Shown piece by piece: positions 1 to 13,665 of a stretch of 64,000 bases of DNA. Within the stretch, counting starts at the first letter, position 1, and each line of letters starts with the position of its first letter. The notes beneath the pieces are model-generated. The model was not told where the DNA came from and did not search any database. It saw only the letters and a program-made list of their open reading frames with translations. Source of the stretch: Octopus vulgaris (lineage: Eukaryota). The stretch lies in contig OX597816.1 of the NCBI GenBank assembly GCA_951406725.2, positions 157,108,001 to 157,172,000 on the forward strand, written 5' to 3'. A program made the translations under genes and the position numbers.

Positions 1-381
1 GAAACCTTTTTCATTTTTACAAAAGCAGCTATTAGATTAGTGAATAAAACTTTAAAATAAAAGTGAATTAATTAGTTTTAATGAAAAGTCTGAATTCATA
101 TGGGCGTTGTAAATTTCCATATGAAATGGTAGTTACTAACTGCTAATATAGATTTTATCTTTATACAATTTTAAATTTTAAATATCGGATCAAACAAACA
201 AAATTCTCATCCGGTATTCTTGTGATAATTAAATTTCCTTTTAAAATTGTATCACCGTTGTATATGCATGCTTGTGTCTGGAGTGGGGTGTATGTATGTC
301 TTGGTGTGTGCTGGGTTATGATTTTACGCATAAATAACACACGCACACATATGTATATACGTGTGTGTATGTGTGTTTGTG

Positions 382-423
<42 letters not shown>

Positions 424-1824
424 TAGATAGATAGATATACAAACACACATATACACACACACACATATATATATATATACATAAACATATGTATGTATAT
501 AAATGTATAGTAGTTTGAAATAACCTATAGCTAAAGTAACATAAACCAATCGAACTTAAGTTGTAAAAACTTTATGAAAATTTATCCAAAATATATCAAT
601 GTGTGCCTCAAGATTTATCCCCGATTAAGCACGGATTTGATTAAACCATCAATGATGGGCCGTTCCATAGTTATTCACTCTTCAGTCAGTGCTTCTTTCA
701 AACCTGTAATTCGTGTGATTTTCGATAGTTTACTCATAAAGTTTTACGAATATTTTTCCTGTGCGTATTCCATTGGATTGAGATCAGATCTGCGTTGAAA
801 CCTTTTCAGAGACTTGACTCTATTATTTCTTTGACAAACTTACGATACCTCGTTTGTATTACATTAAGTTCCAGCTTCCTGACAAAGATTGTTCTTCTTA
901 TCAATTACTAAACTGGCAAAGATGAAGAATAGACATTTTTCGATTACTTTACAGTATTTGAGCCATTTCAGTAATTTTCAATAAAACCGATTTATGATCT
1001 GTCTACACATGAATAACGATCAAAACTCATTTTTCTATTGGCAGGATTGAAACTATTTGTCTTATAAGCATATGAAGAATCCTTAACCAGCTTCTGTCAT
1101 CTATAGCCATGATCTTTCAAAGATTTTCTTACGCAATATGCTTATATATTCATAGTACTTATAACGTATCTAACAGCTACTAAGAAGCAACTTTGTGAGC
1201 TCTTCCCTATTTCGTCTGTAATGTTCTTCTTCAATTCACCTCTTATTCGCTTTTTGATTATTAATACCGACTATTTGAGATATTTCTTGATTGTACTTTG
1301 GAAAATAATATTTATCCATACCTTACCCGCTTTTACATTCATCAATATTTTGGTTTCTTTCCACAAAGAATTTAATGTATGACACTTACAATCCTTTAAC
1401 CGTAAAATTTAATAAAAAAGTAAATAAAGGCATTAGGAACTATCGAAATTAGACTCAGAACAATAGCAGAAAAAGGAAGATACTGCGGACTATAAAAGGT
1501 CTCTACAATCGGGAATAACTTCAAAATGCTGAAGAGCATGCAAAAAATGAACCAAGTTGGCAACGCGCAGTAAAATCGCAAACAGATCAATAACAAAAGA
1601 AGCTTATAAGTGTAAATGGACATTCCATCATCCATAGCAGCATTAGAAATCATTGTATATAAAGAGACTGGCTGCTTATTTCTCCGTGATTGGTCGAAAG
1701 ATGTAGACACCGCTGATAAGAACACAATAAGGTCTGAAAACCGTTAAAAGCTCATCATCTGTTCCTTTTTTTTCAATCTACCGAGAAATAATCGAATTTG
1801 TCATGTGTGTATATCTACTACGTA

Positions 1825-1860
<36 letters not shown>

Positions 1861-2928
1861 CGCATGTGTGTATGTGTTTGTGTACGTGTGTGTGTATGAA
1901 TGTGCATGCATGCATACATACATGCACTTATGAATACTTGCATAAAAAGATGCCAATTATATATGTGTATACGTGCATGTAAGTGTGTTTGTATATCTAT
2001 AGGCATGTGTATATGTGTACCTACTTATTTATCTCTTACCTTCTAATCAATGACCATGTCCCTCTTTACTCCTCCTCTCTTAACTACTATCCTAGCACAA
2101 CTGTATCTCTTACTTCCTCTTCTCTTCTACCAATATTTCGTTCTAAGTTTCACGAACTAATTTTTGTCTACATAAATACATTTATTTTCAAAACTAAACA
2201 TCCTTTTTTTAATCTCAAAATACCTTTGCACTTAATTCCCCACCATTCTCTACATGAATTTTTCATGCATGAAGAAATACCATTTTCATAAGCAAAATAT
2301 CAATCCTGAACCTTTAGAAACAGTTTTTCAAAAAAATCAATACAATTTTAATAGGAAGGATGAAGATAGAGTAAGTTGAGTTTAAATATTTAAGAATAAC
2401 AATGACGGGAAACATAAGGCTGAAAAAAGAAAGGAAATAATGTTTCGCTGCAGCTCACCCGGTTTTTCCTGTTTGGAGAAACACAAAGATTATAAAAATT
2501 GTTTTTTTCTTTTTTCTTAAGTAGCATTACTGAATTTCACTGCCCTTCAGTAAGTGCGATTTAAGATCATTTCATGATATATGTAAGACAAATATCATGG
2601 CTTTGAAATGTAATATTAAATGTTGCTTAGCATTCCATGGAATTCAACATAACTTTAGAAAAGTAATTGTTGGAAGGATACTCAAAATTGAAAGACCACG
2701 TCATTTTGTCAAAAGCGGAAAATGTAGTGATTTGGTCAATACTTAGAATACTTAGAAACCGTCGAATATGGTGATACATGGAGAGGCCCCGATGAATGTT
2801 GAGCAACGTTAATGATTGGGCAGAAAAGCGATAGATGAAGGTGGTTGATAATTAGTAAAGTGAAAGTTAGAAGGTTGGTGGAAAACACCAACAATCATTT
2901 GAAATGAGCTAAATGTGTACTTAATCGC

Positions 2929-3051
<123 letters not shown>

Positions 3052-3154
3052 AGTTAATCCAAACATGAAATCACACAGAGAAAACACAACAACGCGAGGA
3101 CGTGGAACAACTATAGTGTTATTGGACGCTCCGAAAAGAAAAGAAAGAAGGAGG

Positions 3155-3189
3155 ATTTAACGTTTCGAGCGGAGCTCTTCGTCAGAAAC
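3155..3189 (-). ncRNA. Minimal hammerhead motif with canonical core and extra A after A9, in a short dispersed repeat
   Basis: GTTT / CTGACGA / A / GAGC-tcc-GCTC / GAAA / CG / TT / AAAT. Stem I is weak (3 bp plus G-U). Confidence 0.6.
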
Positions 3190-3333
3190 ATAGAAAAAGG
3201 AAAGATCCAAGGAAGGAAAGACGGACGAAAAAAAATCGCCGACGGTACACACACGATCACACGTGTTCTTAAATGGCCTATACACATTTTCCACTACTTA
3301 CACACACGCACACACACACACACACACACACAC

Positions 3334-3385
<52 letters not shown>

Positions 3386-3863
3386 GTCCAATTAAATGCA
3401 GTTAGATCCAATCTAAATGGATTTAATTGGATCCTCCTATCCTTCTGGATATAATGATCCACAACAAATACCATTGATGAGGAACATCTTTCTTTCACTG
3501 TATAACTCGTATCTCTGCGATGAAGGAACACCCAATTTACAGTGTCTTCTTTTGATACGATACTCCAATATCTACGATATCCCAGAAACACCGATCAGAG
3601 ACTATTTTTTATGATTTTTTTTATCATTTGATGTGGAGCTAAATTTAAATTGAATTAAATTTAATTAAAATGTCCTTGTCATGCCTTGCTTAATTGTTTG
3701 CCTCTAGCCATTTTATACGAGGTACCTTTAGCCGTTTTGAACAACGCAATCACATAACGACAACTTCAACTGCTGTTCAAACTGGAATTTTGGTGGCACA
3801 CCTATTTGAGCACTCAGAGCGCATACCCATTAGTTTGAATCATCCTGAAGAAAACTTTTCGTA

Positions 3864-3910
<47 letters not shown>

Positions 3911-3994
3911 TTTCTCTCTTTCTGTATCTATCTATCTATTTATCCCCCTTTCTCTTTCTCTGTCTCTATATCTCCCTTTCTCTATCACGCTCTC

Positions 3995-4030
<36 letters not shown>

Positions 4031-4853
4031 GATGCACGCATACGCATACACACATACACAAACATACACACATATGTATGTGTGTGAGTTTGTATGTATA
4101 TATTTTAGAAGGATTGGAATATGTGATCTTTGTTTCAATATATAATTACTCAGTAAATTTTACAATTCATTATAAATTTCACTTTGTATGCATTATTTCC
4201 TCATTTAAAAATAACATCTACATGCATACAATTGATAGCTGAATTATGCAGATGTGTTTCATTGAGAGACAGCTTGAATTATAATCTCTTCTATATTCTA
4301 TATGTGTGTGCCTGTGTATTGTGTTTTTCATGTGTGTTTGTGTGTGTATTGTGTGTGTGTATGTGTGTGTGATGTGTGCGTGTGTGTGTGTATTGTGTGT
4401 TCTTGTGTAGTATGTAAATATGGTTTAGAATTAGAGCAAGAAATGTTTCCTCTCTTAATTGTAGATGCATATTTATATAAGCATTAGTCAAGATGTACTT
4501 GGCATGTGTGTTACGACAAGTTATTCAGGTGGATATTTCCGTTTATTTATCGTTACCGCAAGTTAAAACAAACTGTAGGAAGTGAAGAAAACCAATAATC
4601 GTTTCTCTATTTAAATAAGTTCTCGATGTCTATTCACTTCATCTGTTTCTATGCACAATATTATAGTACAAATAATATTTCCATTTATTTACTGTTGCAA
4701 AACAAACTGCATAATTTTACTCCAGATCGTCTAAGCGTAGCGGTGAAATGGGGTTTTAAGAATTTTTTTCGTTAAAATTATCTTTGAATAGCATCTATTT
4801 CATCACTTTTCTCTAATGTATGCATCTATCAATGTGTATGTGTGTGTACGTGT

Positions 4854-4951
<98 letters not shown>

Positions 4952-4980
4952 AGGTTTGGAGATGATGTACAGGTATTATA

Positions 4981-5341
4981 TATTAGAAGAAATGAGGTAC
5001 TCAGAAATCTTGATGGTTCTACATTTACAGATATTTATTAGTATGTTACATGTTTTTATAAATCATATATCATACATCATATAAAAGCGGTTTCGTCCAC
5101 TCTAGTGGAGTCTTCAAATTGAACTAAGTTTTGTAGAAATTTTGACTCTTTTTATAGTATTATTGAGTGTGTAGTGGAGTCAAAATTCCTACAAAACTTA
5201 GTTCAATTTGAAGACTCCACTAGAGTGGACGAAAGCGCTTTTATATGATGTATGATATGTGATTTATAAAAACATGTAACATATTAATAAATATCTGTAA
5301 ATATAAAACCATCCGGATTTCTGAGTACCTCATTTCTTCTA

Positions 5342-5344
<3 letters not shown>
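4981..5344. repeat. Fold-back inverted repeat, ~168-bp arms, 28-bp spacer
   Basis: 4981-5148 versus 5177-5344, a few mismatches. Confidence 0.92.
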
Positions 5345-5433
<89 letters not shown>

Positions 5434-6042
5434 TAGAATTTATGGAAAAACAAGGCGAGGACAGGTGTATGAACAACAAGCAAGTGTATTAGTTTGACGC
5501 TCTGGAAAAATGAAAGGTCTTTCACGTTTCGATCCTACGCTCTTCAAAGGCAAGGAATAAGAGGAAATAAACAGACAGAGAATGGAAGAAAAAGACGTGT
5601 ACACATTCGTTACTTCTCAGGAGAGTTAATACTTTCGTCTCAAATAGAAATTTTAGAGAATTAACTACTTTGCTGGATGTAAGACCAGCTGTTGTATGTC
5701 GCTTATTCATTTATATATTGCAAACTAGGATGAATGATTGCCATGTCTTGCAGATAGGTGTAACCAGTACCGACGATGGGTTATACCCAGAAACCAGCTG
5801 GTCTCTTAGTTCCTGTCAGCAGAAGATGGAAGTTGTTCGGACCCATTTTGCAATATAACGATCGCAATACAATGTGTCGTTAACCAGCTGGATGAGAGGT
5901 CCTCCTGGGGCTAAAAAGAGTAGTAGCGGTGCTCTGTATGGAACAACCACGTTGAGGTGGTAACAACCGTTACTTTTCAGTAGAGTTACTACTTGCATCT
6001 CGTATTGATATTTTAGAACTAGCAACTTCGCTGAATACATAC

Positions 6043-6250
6043 TTACATACATGCATGCATTCATGCATGCATACATACATACATCATAGATACATATATA
6101 CATACATACATACATACATACATACATACATACATACATACATACATACATGCATGCATTCATGCATTCATGCATGCATGCATACATACATACATACATA
6201 CATACATACATACATACATACATACATACATACATACATACATACATACA
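6043..6250. repeat. (CATA)n microsatellite; similar tracts at 6650-6795 and 15370-15595
   Basis: Direct reading. Confidence 0.95.
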
Positions 6251-6640
6251 TGTTGTTGGTACTCCGTCGCTTTCGACGACAAGGGTTCCAGTTGATCCGA
6301 TCAACGGAACAGCCTGCTCATGAAATTAATGTGCAAGTGGCTGAGCACTCCTCAGACACGTGTACCCTTAACGTAGTTCTCAGTGAGATTCAGCGTGACA
6401 CAGAGTGTGACAAGGCTGGCCCTTTGAATTACAGGCACAACAGAAACAGGAAGTAAGAGTGAGAGAACGTTGTGGTGAAAGAGTACAGCAGAGTTCGCCA
6501 CTACCTCCTGCCGAAGTCTCGTGGAGCTTTTAGATGTTTTCGCTCAATAAACACTCACAACGTCCGGTCTGGGAATCGAAACCGCGGTCCTATGACCGCG
6601 AGTCCGCTGCCCTAACCACTGGGCCATTGCGCCGCCTCCA
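6251..6640 (-). mobile_element. tRNA-derived SINE (GGCCCAGTGGTTAGGGCAGCGGACTCGCGG-head family)
   Basis: A-box TGGCCCAGTGG and B-box GGTTTCGATTCC on the minus strand, (ACA)-like tail, flanked by (CATA)n. Head shared with 40051-40346. Confidence 0.8.
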
Positions 6641-8022
6641 CACATACACACATACATACATACATACATACATACATACATACATACATACATACATACA
6701 TACATGCATGCATACATACATACATACATACATACATACATACATACATACATACATACATACATACATACATACATACATACATACATACATACGTTAT
6801 ATAAAATCCGTTCTGTCTGTGTGTGTGTGTTCTAGATCTCGGACATCCTCCATCAGATTGCGCTCAAATTTGATATGTAGATACCGATGGTATCAGGACG
6901 TGTATAAGTCTTGAAAAAATTACAAAAATCGATTCCAGGTGAGAATTTGATCGATAAAGCCGTGAGAAAGTGCATTTGTACGCACAAGTACATCAGCTGT
7001 TTAAGAGACCAAAAAAATTCCGGACCCTGTGCCTAGAGTAGAAAAGAATTCTTACTTTATGCCGCTTACAAAATATTTTGCAGAAATATAATCTGCTATT
7101 TGTTGGTTTCATTTTTTTTTTCCGTTTACATGTGAAATTACCTATTGAATGTATTATTGTACTACCATATCACAGGTCATGATTTCAAATTTTCGACTTA
7201 CTTATTGTATTATCTATTGTGAGAATGCTTTATTTTACTTAACACTTTTTTTCTTTTCCCAAAGTTGTCAAAGATATACGACAACCTCTTTTGTATCATA
7301 CGACTAGTAAGTTTCCTACGCTAAACTGAAATGCAATCAAAACTTGGGATTTACTATACCCTTACTTGGGATATATGTGTGCGAGTGAGTGTGTGTATGC
7401 GTTTGTGTGTGTGTGTGCAAGTGTGTGCAAGTATGTGTGCGCGTGTGTAGTCTGTGTCTATGTATGTGTGAGTTTGAGTTTGTGTACTGAATTTTCGTCA
7501 TATCTGATAAGAATTATTGAAAACATAATAAAATATTGTTTCAGCGAGTCTCACTCTGCTGAGACTGTAGTATTCACTGAACAGAGAGAATGAGAGAAAA
7601 ACGGGGCCAGAAAGTTTCAAGAAGATGGAGGAGATCGTAAGGGGTGGGATAACACATTTATTTGACAGGAGTAACATTTCGAATTTGATTCAAAAAGTCA
7701 CTACTGCTTTTATATTGGCAGTTCATGTTTTGAAAACTGTCTTGCTTTAATGTTTCTCATTTGTTTCAACGTTACAGATATTTTGTTTCAGGCAAGCAAA
7801 ATAAAAATATTTCTCTTTTTTCTAACAATCGTTCCGAAGCTACTGTCAACAGACTTGTCAACTCTGTCATTTATAATAAAAGGCGTTGTGCAGATTAGTT
7901 GACTGGTAAGTGAATAAGAAGAACCATTTGCAGTAAAAGCTAAGTCGAAACTATTGTACATATAAAGATTAAGCAACTCAATATACGTTATATATGTAAA
8001 ATCAGCACAACATAGTTATTTT

Positions 8023-8071
<49 letters not shown>

Positions 8072-8260
8072 AGCACACACATTCACTGGCACTAACACCC
8101 AAACAACGATATGGACAAACAAATGCATATATGTGCGTACATATGTATATATATATATATATTTGATTTTGATTTTTGATTTTTCCAGTTTCAGCTTTCC
8201 CTATATATCTACATACATACTTACAGAAGTGTACGTACGCTGCTTTTTTCAATTTATGGA

Positions 8261-8337
<77 letters not shown>

Positions 8338-8633
8338 TTGTTTATTCAAGTATGAATGTATATATTCATGCATGCATAAATATATGGGTGTGTCTGTGTG
8401 TGCATGTTTCTGGCTGCGCTGTTTCGGAAGAGGGTGATGGAGAGGGAGACAGAGAGATTGAATGCTAGAGAGAGATTTATTTTTCCCTTACACTGTTCTT
8501 AGTTATATCAGTTGTAAATTGTTTGAGAGCACACTGACGATTTTCGCAACAGTGACATAAAAATTGTTCACTTTCATAAAAATAGAATATAAACAATTTA
8601 TATGGGTGACTTTGTGTGAGTTGTGTGATTATT

Positions 8634-8686
<53 letters not shown>

Positions 8687-8796
8687 TTGTGTGTGTGTGT
8701 GTGCGTGTGTGTGTGTGTTTGTGTGTATTTCTATGCATGTATCTATGTATGTATGCATATACATCTATATATTTGTGTATATACTTACACATTCAC

Positions 8797-8854
<58 letters not shown>

Positions 8855-8984
8855 TGTATGAGTGTGTGCGTTTATGACATGTATGTGTATATATATATAC
8901 ACATATACATATATATAGGTATGTATGAAAATGCGAATTTGTATGCAAAGACACAAAGAGGGTGAGCAGTGTATGTGTAAGTAT

Positions 8985-9032
<48 letters not shown>

Positions 9033-10499
9033 CTGTGTGTGTGTGTGTTTCTGTGTGTGTAATGAAAATATGGCAAAGCGAAAGTACATTAATTTCCTGC
9101 ATGTGTTTGTATCACATTAAAACTATAAAAATAAAGTGCCAACTAAGAAGAAAGACGGCAGATTATCAGAGGATTTAAAGTTGGGTGGCGCCATATTTAT
9201 GATTCTAGGTTTGTATAACGGCTCTTGCAAGATCTACGAAAACTACTTTGATGCGCAAATACTGCTGTACGGATATTTTGGTTTAGGAAAATTTGTTAGA
9301 TCCAAGAAATTTTGCTTTCTTGTTAATCCTCGTATATTGTAGTAGTTTCTCATAAAATCTTCTCAGACGAATTGTTTTGTTTTGTAACTTTTTTGTTGTT
9401 TTCTTTTTAGACGTTGTTGTACTCAACTACTGTGCTCAACTAAATCCCGTAAAGAAATATATTCATTGGGAAATAGTTTACCAGCTTAAATTTCCCTAAT
9501 ACTTTCACATATACATTCATGTCCGCACGTATGGATGATTATTACATCTATTCACAAGTGCAAGCGAACGTAAATGTGTTTGAATATAAGGATCTGTTTC
9601 TCTATGTAGTGTCTTGGTTTCTTTTCAGGTGAAAGTATTGAGGGCACTGAATCAAGGACTCTGTAGAGCGACAGAACAACGGTTATGCGAGTTATGTTCG
9701 TTACAAGTGCACACGTAAATTTAATTGCTCTGACACATACACACGTATTTAAAGGTTAGTACAACCAAAAGATCCTAGTGTATGCAGTAATACCTAGGTA
9801 TTTATACAGCTAGTGTAGATGACAAAAGGTTGTCGGTACCTGATAGAATATGTTATTAACGATCGTTCCATATAGAAGTCAAATGAAATTTCGATAAACT
9901 GACAGTTATCATACAACTCACGCTTTAGCAACTAAAGTAGTTAAAAATTCAAATAAAAATTCGAGAATGTAAGGAATTGAAATTCTAAAACAAATGTTCC
10001 GTATCTAAAACAATGTTTGTTACATTACTTATAACCCACATAAAGCCTCCTAGACCAATCTTCTCGTCCTGTTACCTTCAAATTGTTAACAAGTCAAGTG
10101 AAGACGAGTAAAGGATTCATCAATATAGCCACAGCACAAATCACAAGCCGAAAACAAAATTCGATTAGTTATCGAAAGTAATTGTTAGTAGGGAAGTCGC
10201 CCTAAAAGGAAACAAGGTGAGTATGTTTTCAGATATCATTTAATCGAAGGAAGAGGATGCTTCGCAGAGGAGTGAATTAGGGGGTTATGACTAAGGAGAA
10301 TGAAGAAGAAGAGAGCTTCAGACGGAGCAATATACATATATATATATGCATTATGTATATTTGTATGCTAGTTTATTATTCTTTCGCTTATCCATAGTAG
10401 CTGTTAACAATTATCGCTCAATCTAATACGCTGTCGATTTTCTGTTTCCTACTCTGTCCCTACCAAAGTTTAAAAGCATTTTATATTACATTATATATA

Positions 10500-10868
10500 T
10501 ACATATAAATAAAGCTGAAGTTGTCTGTGTGTGACAGGTTTGGTAAGCTTCAACTAACACTATCTCCTCCGAGACCCGGCGGCGTAAATTGACCAAAATT
10601 GAGAGTATGATAGAAGGCTTGCTCATCATTCCGTAGAAGGAAAAATTCAAATCGGACTCGTTAAGACCGAAAATTATTTACATCAAAAAGGTGCTTTTCT
10701 TTGATGAAAATCCCTTTTTTTTTACTGCTGTATAGCCATTCAACCAGAAAAATGTTCACTTAAAGAGAATAACAAGCTATGTAATGCAAAATTTATACTT
10801 TTCAAAAATTCCAATTCTAAAGGGTCGAAAAGAAAACCAACCTGCGCAACGCCAGGCAATACTGCTAG
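10500..10868 (+). mobile_element. Non-autonomous Helitron-like element
   Basis: TA-rich 5' start (ATATAAATAAAGCTGAAG), subterminal hairpin CCTG(10841-44)..CAGG(10853-56), 3' CTAG followed by T. Confidence 0.6.
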
Positions 10869-10889
10869 TGTATATATATATATATATAT

Positions 10890-11275
10890 GAGTGGCTGTG
10901 TGGTAAGTAGCTTGCTAACCAACCACATGGTTCCGGGTTCAGTCGGCATCTTGGGCAAGTGTCTTCTGCCATAGCCCCGGGCCAACCAATGCCTTGTGAG
11001 TGGATTTGGTAGACGGAAACTGAAAGAAGCCTGTCGTATATATGTATATATATGTGTGTGTGTGTGTTTGTGTGTCTGTGTTTGTCCCCCTAGCATTGCT
11101 TGACAACCGATGCTGGTGTGTTTACATCCCCGTCACATAGCGGTTCGGCAAAAGAGACCGATAGAATAAGTACTGGGCTTACAAAGAATAAGTCCCGGGG
11201 TCGATTTGCTCGACTAAAGGCGGTGCTCCAGCATGGCCGCAGTCAAATGACTGAAACAAGTAAAAGAGTAAAAGA

Positions 11276-11277
<2 letters not shown>
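10890..11277 (+). mobile_element. tRNA-related SINE with CORE-like segment (CTTGGGCAAGT) and internal (TG)n
   Basis: Same family at 11395-11818 (-), 19945-20430, 39604-39775 and 41305-41510. Confidence 0.8.
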
Positions 11278-11318
<41 letters not shown>

Positions 11319-11394
11319 CATACATACATACATATATGTATATATATACATACACATACATATATATATATACACATATATATATATATATATA

Positions 11395-11818
11395 TTTGAC
11401 TGCGTCATGCTGGAGCACCGCCTTTAGTCGAATAGATAGACCCCATTACTTATGCCTTATAAGCCTAGTACTTATTCTATTAGTTTCTCTTGCTGAACCG
11501 CTAAGCCTAGTAATTATTCTCTCGGTCTGTTTTGACAAACAACTAAGTTACGGGGACGTAAAACACCGACATCGGTTGTCAAACGATGGTAGAGGGACAA
11601 ACACAGACACACAAATACACACGCACACACAATACACACACACACACACACTCATATATACGATTGGTTCCTTTCAGCTTCCGTCAGCCAAATCCACACA
11701 CAAGGCTTTGGTCGACCCGAGGCTATGTTAGAAGACACTTGCCCAAGGTGCCACGCAGTGGGACAGAAACCAAAACCATGTGGTTGGTAAGCAAGGTACT
11801 TACCACATAGCCACTCCT
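11395..11818 (-). mobile_element. Second copy of the same SINE family, tail-to-tail with 10890-11277
   Basis: Reverse-complement similarity along the whole length. Separated from the first copy by TA/CATA microsatellite. Confidence 0.8.
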
Positions 11819-11989
11819 AATAGTCACATATGTATGTATTATCTGTATGTGTGTCTTTGTGTCTCACCCCATCACCGCTTTACAACCGCTGTTGTTGTGT
11901 TTACGTTTCCGTAACTTACAGGTCCGACAAACGAGACCGATAGAGTAAGTACTGGGCTTTAAGAAACCCAGTAAAGTTGGTGTCTCCGA

Positions 11990-12830
11990 TTAAGGAGACT
12001 GAAAACCCCAATTTTGCATCCGCCGCTATAGTGGCCAGAAGAGAATTAAAAATAAACAACGAAGAAATGGAGAAATTCAAAGAGAAGATAAAGTCGGAGG
12101 GGCATGAACTATCAATATCCCATCCCAGCGAAATCTTGAAAAAAGCTGAAAGAAGCACAGTAATTTAGAAGACTGCGGTTTTAAAAAAGAGAAAACAGGA
12201 TGCAGCTAATAAAGTGGCGTTAGAGAAGTGTCTTCGACTAGTTTGGTAGGGCGTGGTGTTCCTCACAAGAGGATAGAGGTTCGCCACAGTCGAAGTTCGA
12301 TTCTGTTCGGAGGAAAAAGCTAGGCAGCACTCCACAAAGACACTAAAAACTTCTGAGGTGGTACACCTACCAACTTATCTGGGAAGAAGTGCCTTCAAGA
12401 TAAGGGTGGGAGAGATCCCACGTGAAGTGGATGCTGTCTGGCAGCAATAACAGTGGGCTTGGAAGAAAAAAATTACCATCCTCCAAGCGACTGTATAAAG
12501 ACAGCAGAATTTGAAAGGGCTGGGACTAGAAATGTTAGTCCAAGCGGCCCCTACCGACCTTGAAGAAATCGTAGATACCATATAGGTGCGGGAGAGTAAG
12601 CTGCAGGTGAATGTCGAGGGGAGGAAGCCACATTGTTACAGGTGTGGCCATAAAGGTCACATTAGGGCCGATTGTGTTCCCCCCACGTCGAGAAAGCAGC
12701 GATGCTCCCACCTGCAACGGGAAACCAAAAAGTTGCCAGAAAACCGGCAAAACAAGAACACCAACACCTGCAACACCAATGGCGTCAGAGGAATCAACAC
12801 CTTCAAGATCACACTACCGCACATACATAC
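11990..12830 (+). pseudogene. Decayed LINE ORF1 (Tx1/L1-like) with CCHC zinc knuckle
   Basis: LQVNVEGRKPH-CYRCGHKGHIRADC (Cx2Cx4Hx4C, 12634-12675) inside a purine-rich broken ORF. Confidence 0.55.
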
Positions 12831-13419
12831 AAATTCTGTTTTATATATTAAGATATAGACATCAATGTGTTACTGGTTGTAATTGTATGCATGTGTCCAT
12901 GTGCAAGTATGGTCATTCATTATTCCACCTTATGATTTGGAGATCATTCTCTGAGGTGACGAAGTTAACTGTTAAGTTTTCCATATATTCTTATTCGATG
13001 TCAGCAGTCATTCTAAGATCCGCTTTAAACATATGTCAAAGGATATATTCCTGGCCATTTATCATTATTACTTCTTTCCGCTACTTAGCTAGATACATAG
13101 TTAAACTATTGCAATCAATTATTTCCGTCCACTAATCATATTAATGATTACTTAGCAATCTAAAGCAACATCTGCTCTTTACGATGTGTAATTTAGTCGC
13201 ATTCTTATTTTCATTTTATTTTAATCTGTTGTTACGCAGATTGCGAAAAGTTTTAGCGATGCTTCTCTGTTAAATACATAAGATAAATAGTGTACATAAA
13301 AATTAACTTTGCATATGCCCCAAGTAGCAACCGTAGTAGCAACTGAGTATTTTTGCAAGCACTTTTGAATACATCGTAATATCGGCAGCCTTTCTATACC
13401 ATTATCTGTAAAAAAGAAG

Positions 13420-13665
13420 TAAAGTTCCATCCCAATTCATATAAAATCATGAGGCCGGTTACTCGGTTTTCACACGTGTATATTCCCCACCAAGACCAGT
13501 CACCTGTCCATCGCAGGAAGGCTAATTTTTGTCAGCTGAGCGGACTGGAGCAATGTGAAATTAAGCATTTTGCTTAAGAACACAATGCGTCTTCCGGTCC
13601 AGGAATCGAAACTACAATCTTACGATCAGGAATCCAACACACTACCCACTGAGCCACGCACCTCC
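13420..13665 (-). mobile_element. Degenerate tRNA-headed SINE
   Basis: Minus strand TGGCTCAGTGG (A box) and GTTTCGATTCC (B box). Confidence 0.55.

Noticed and set aside
1335-1365. EGF-like exon NQNIDECKSG with GTAAGG donor (minus)
   Set aside because: Too short, no good acceptor, and the surrounding sequence looks like an unclassifiable decayed transposase.
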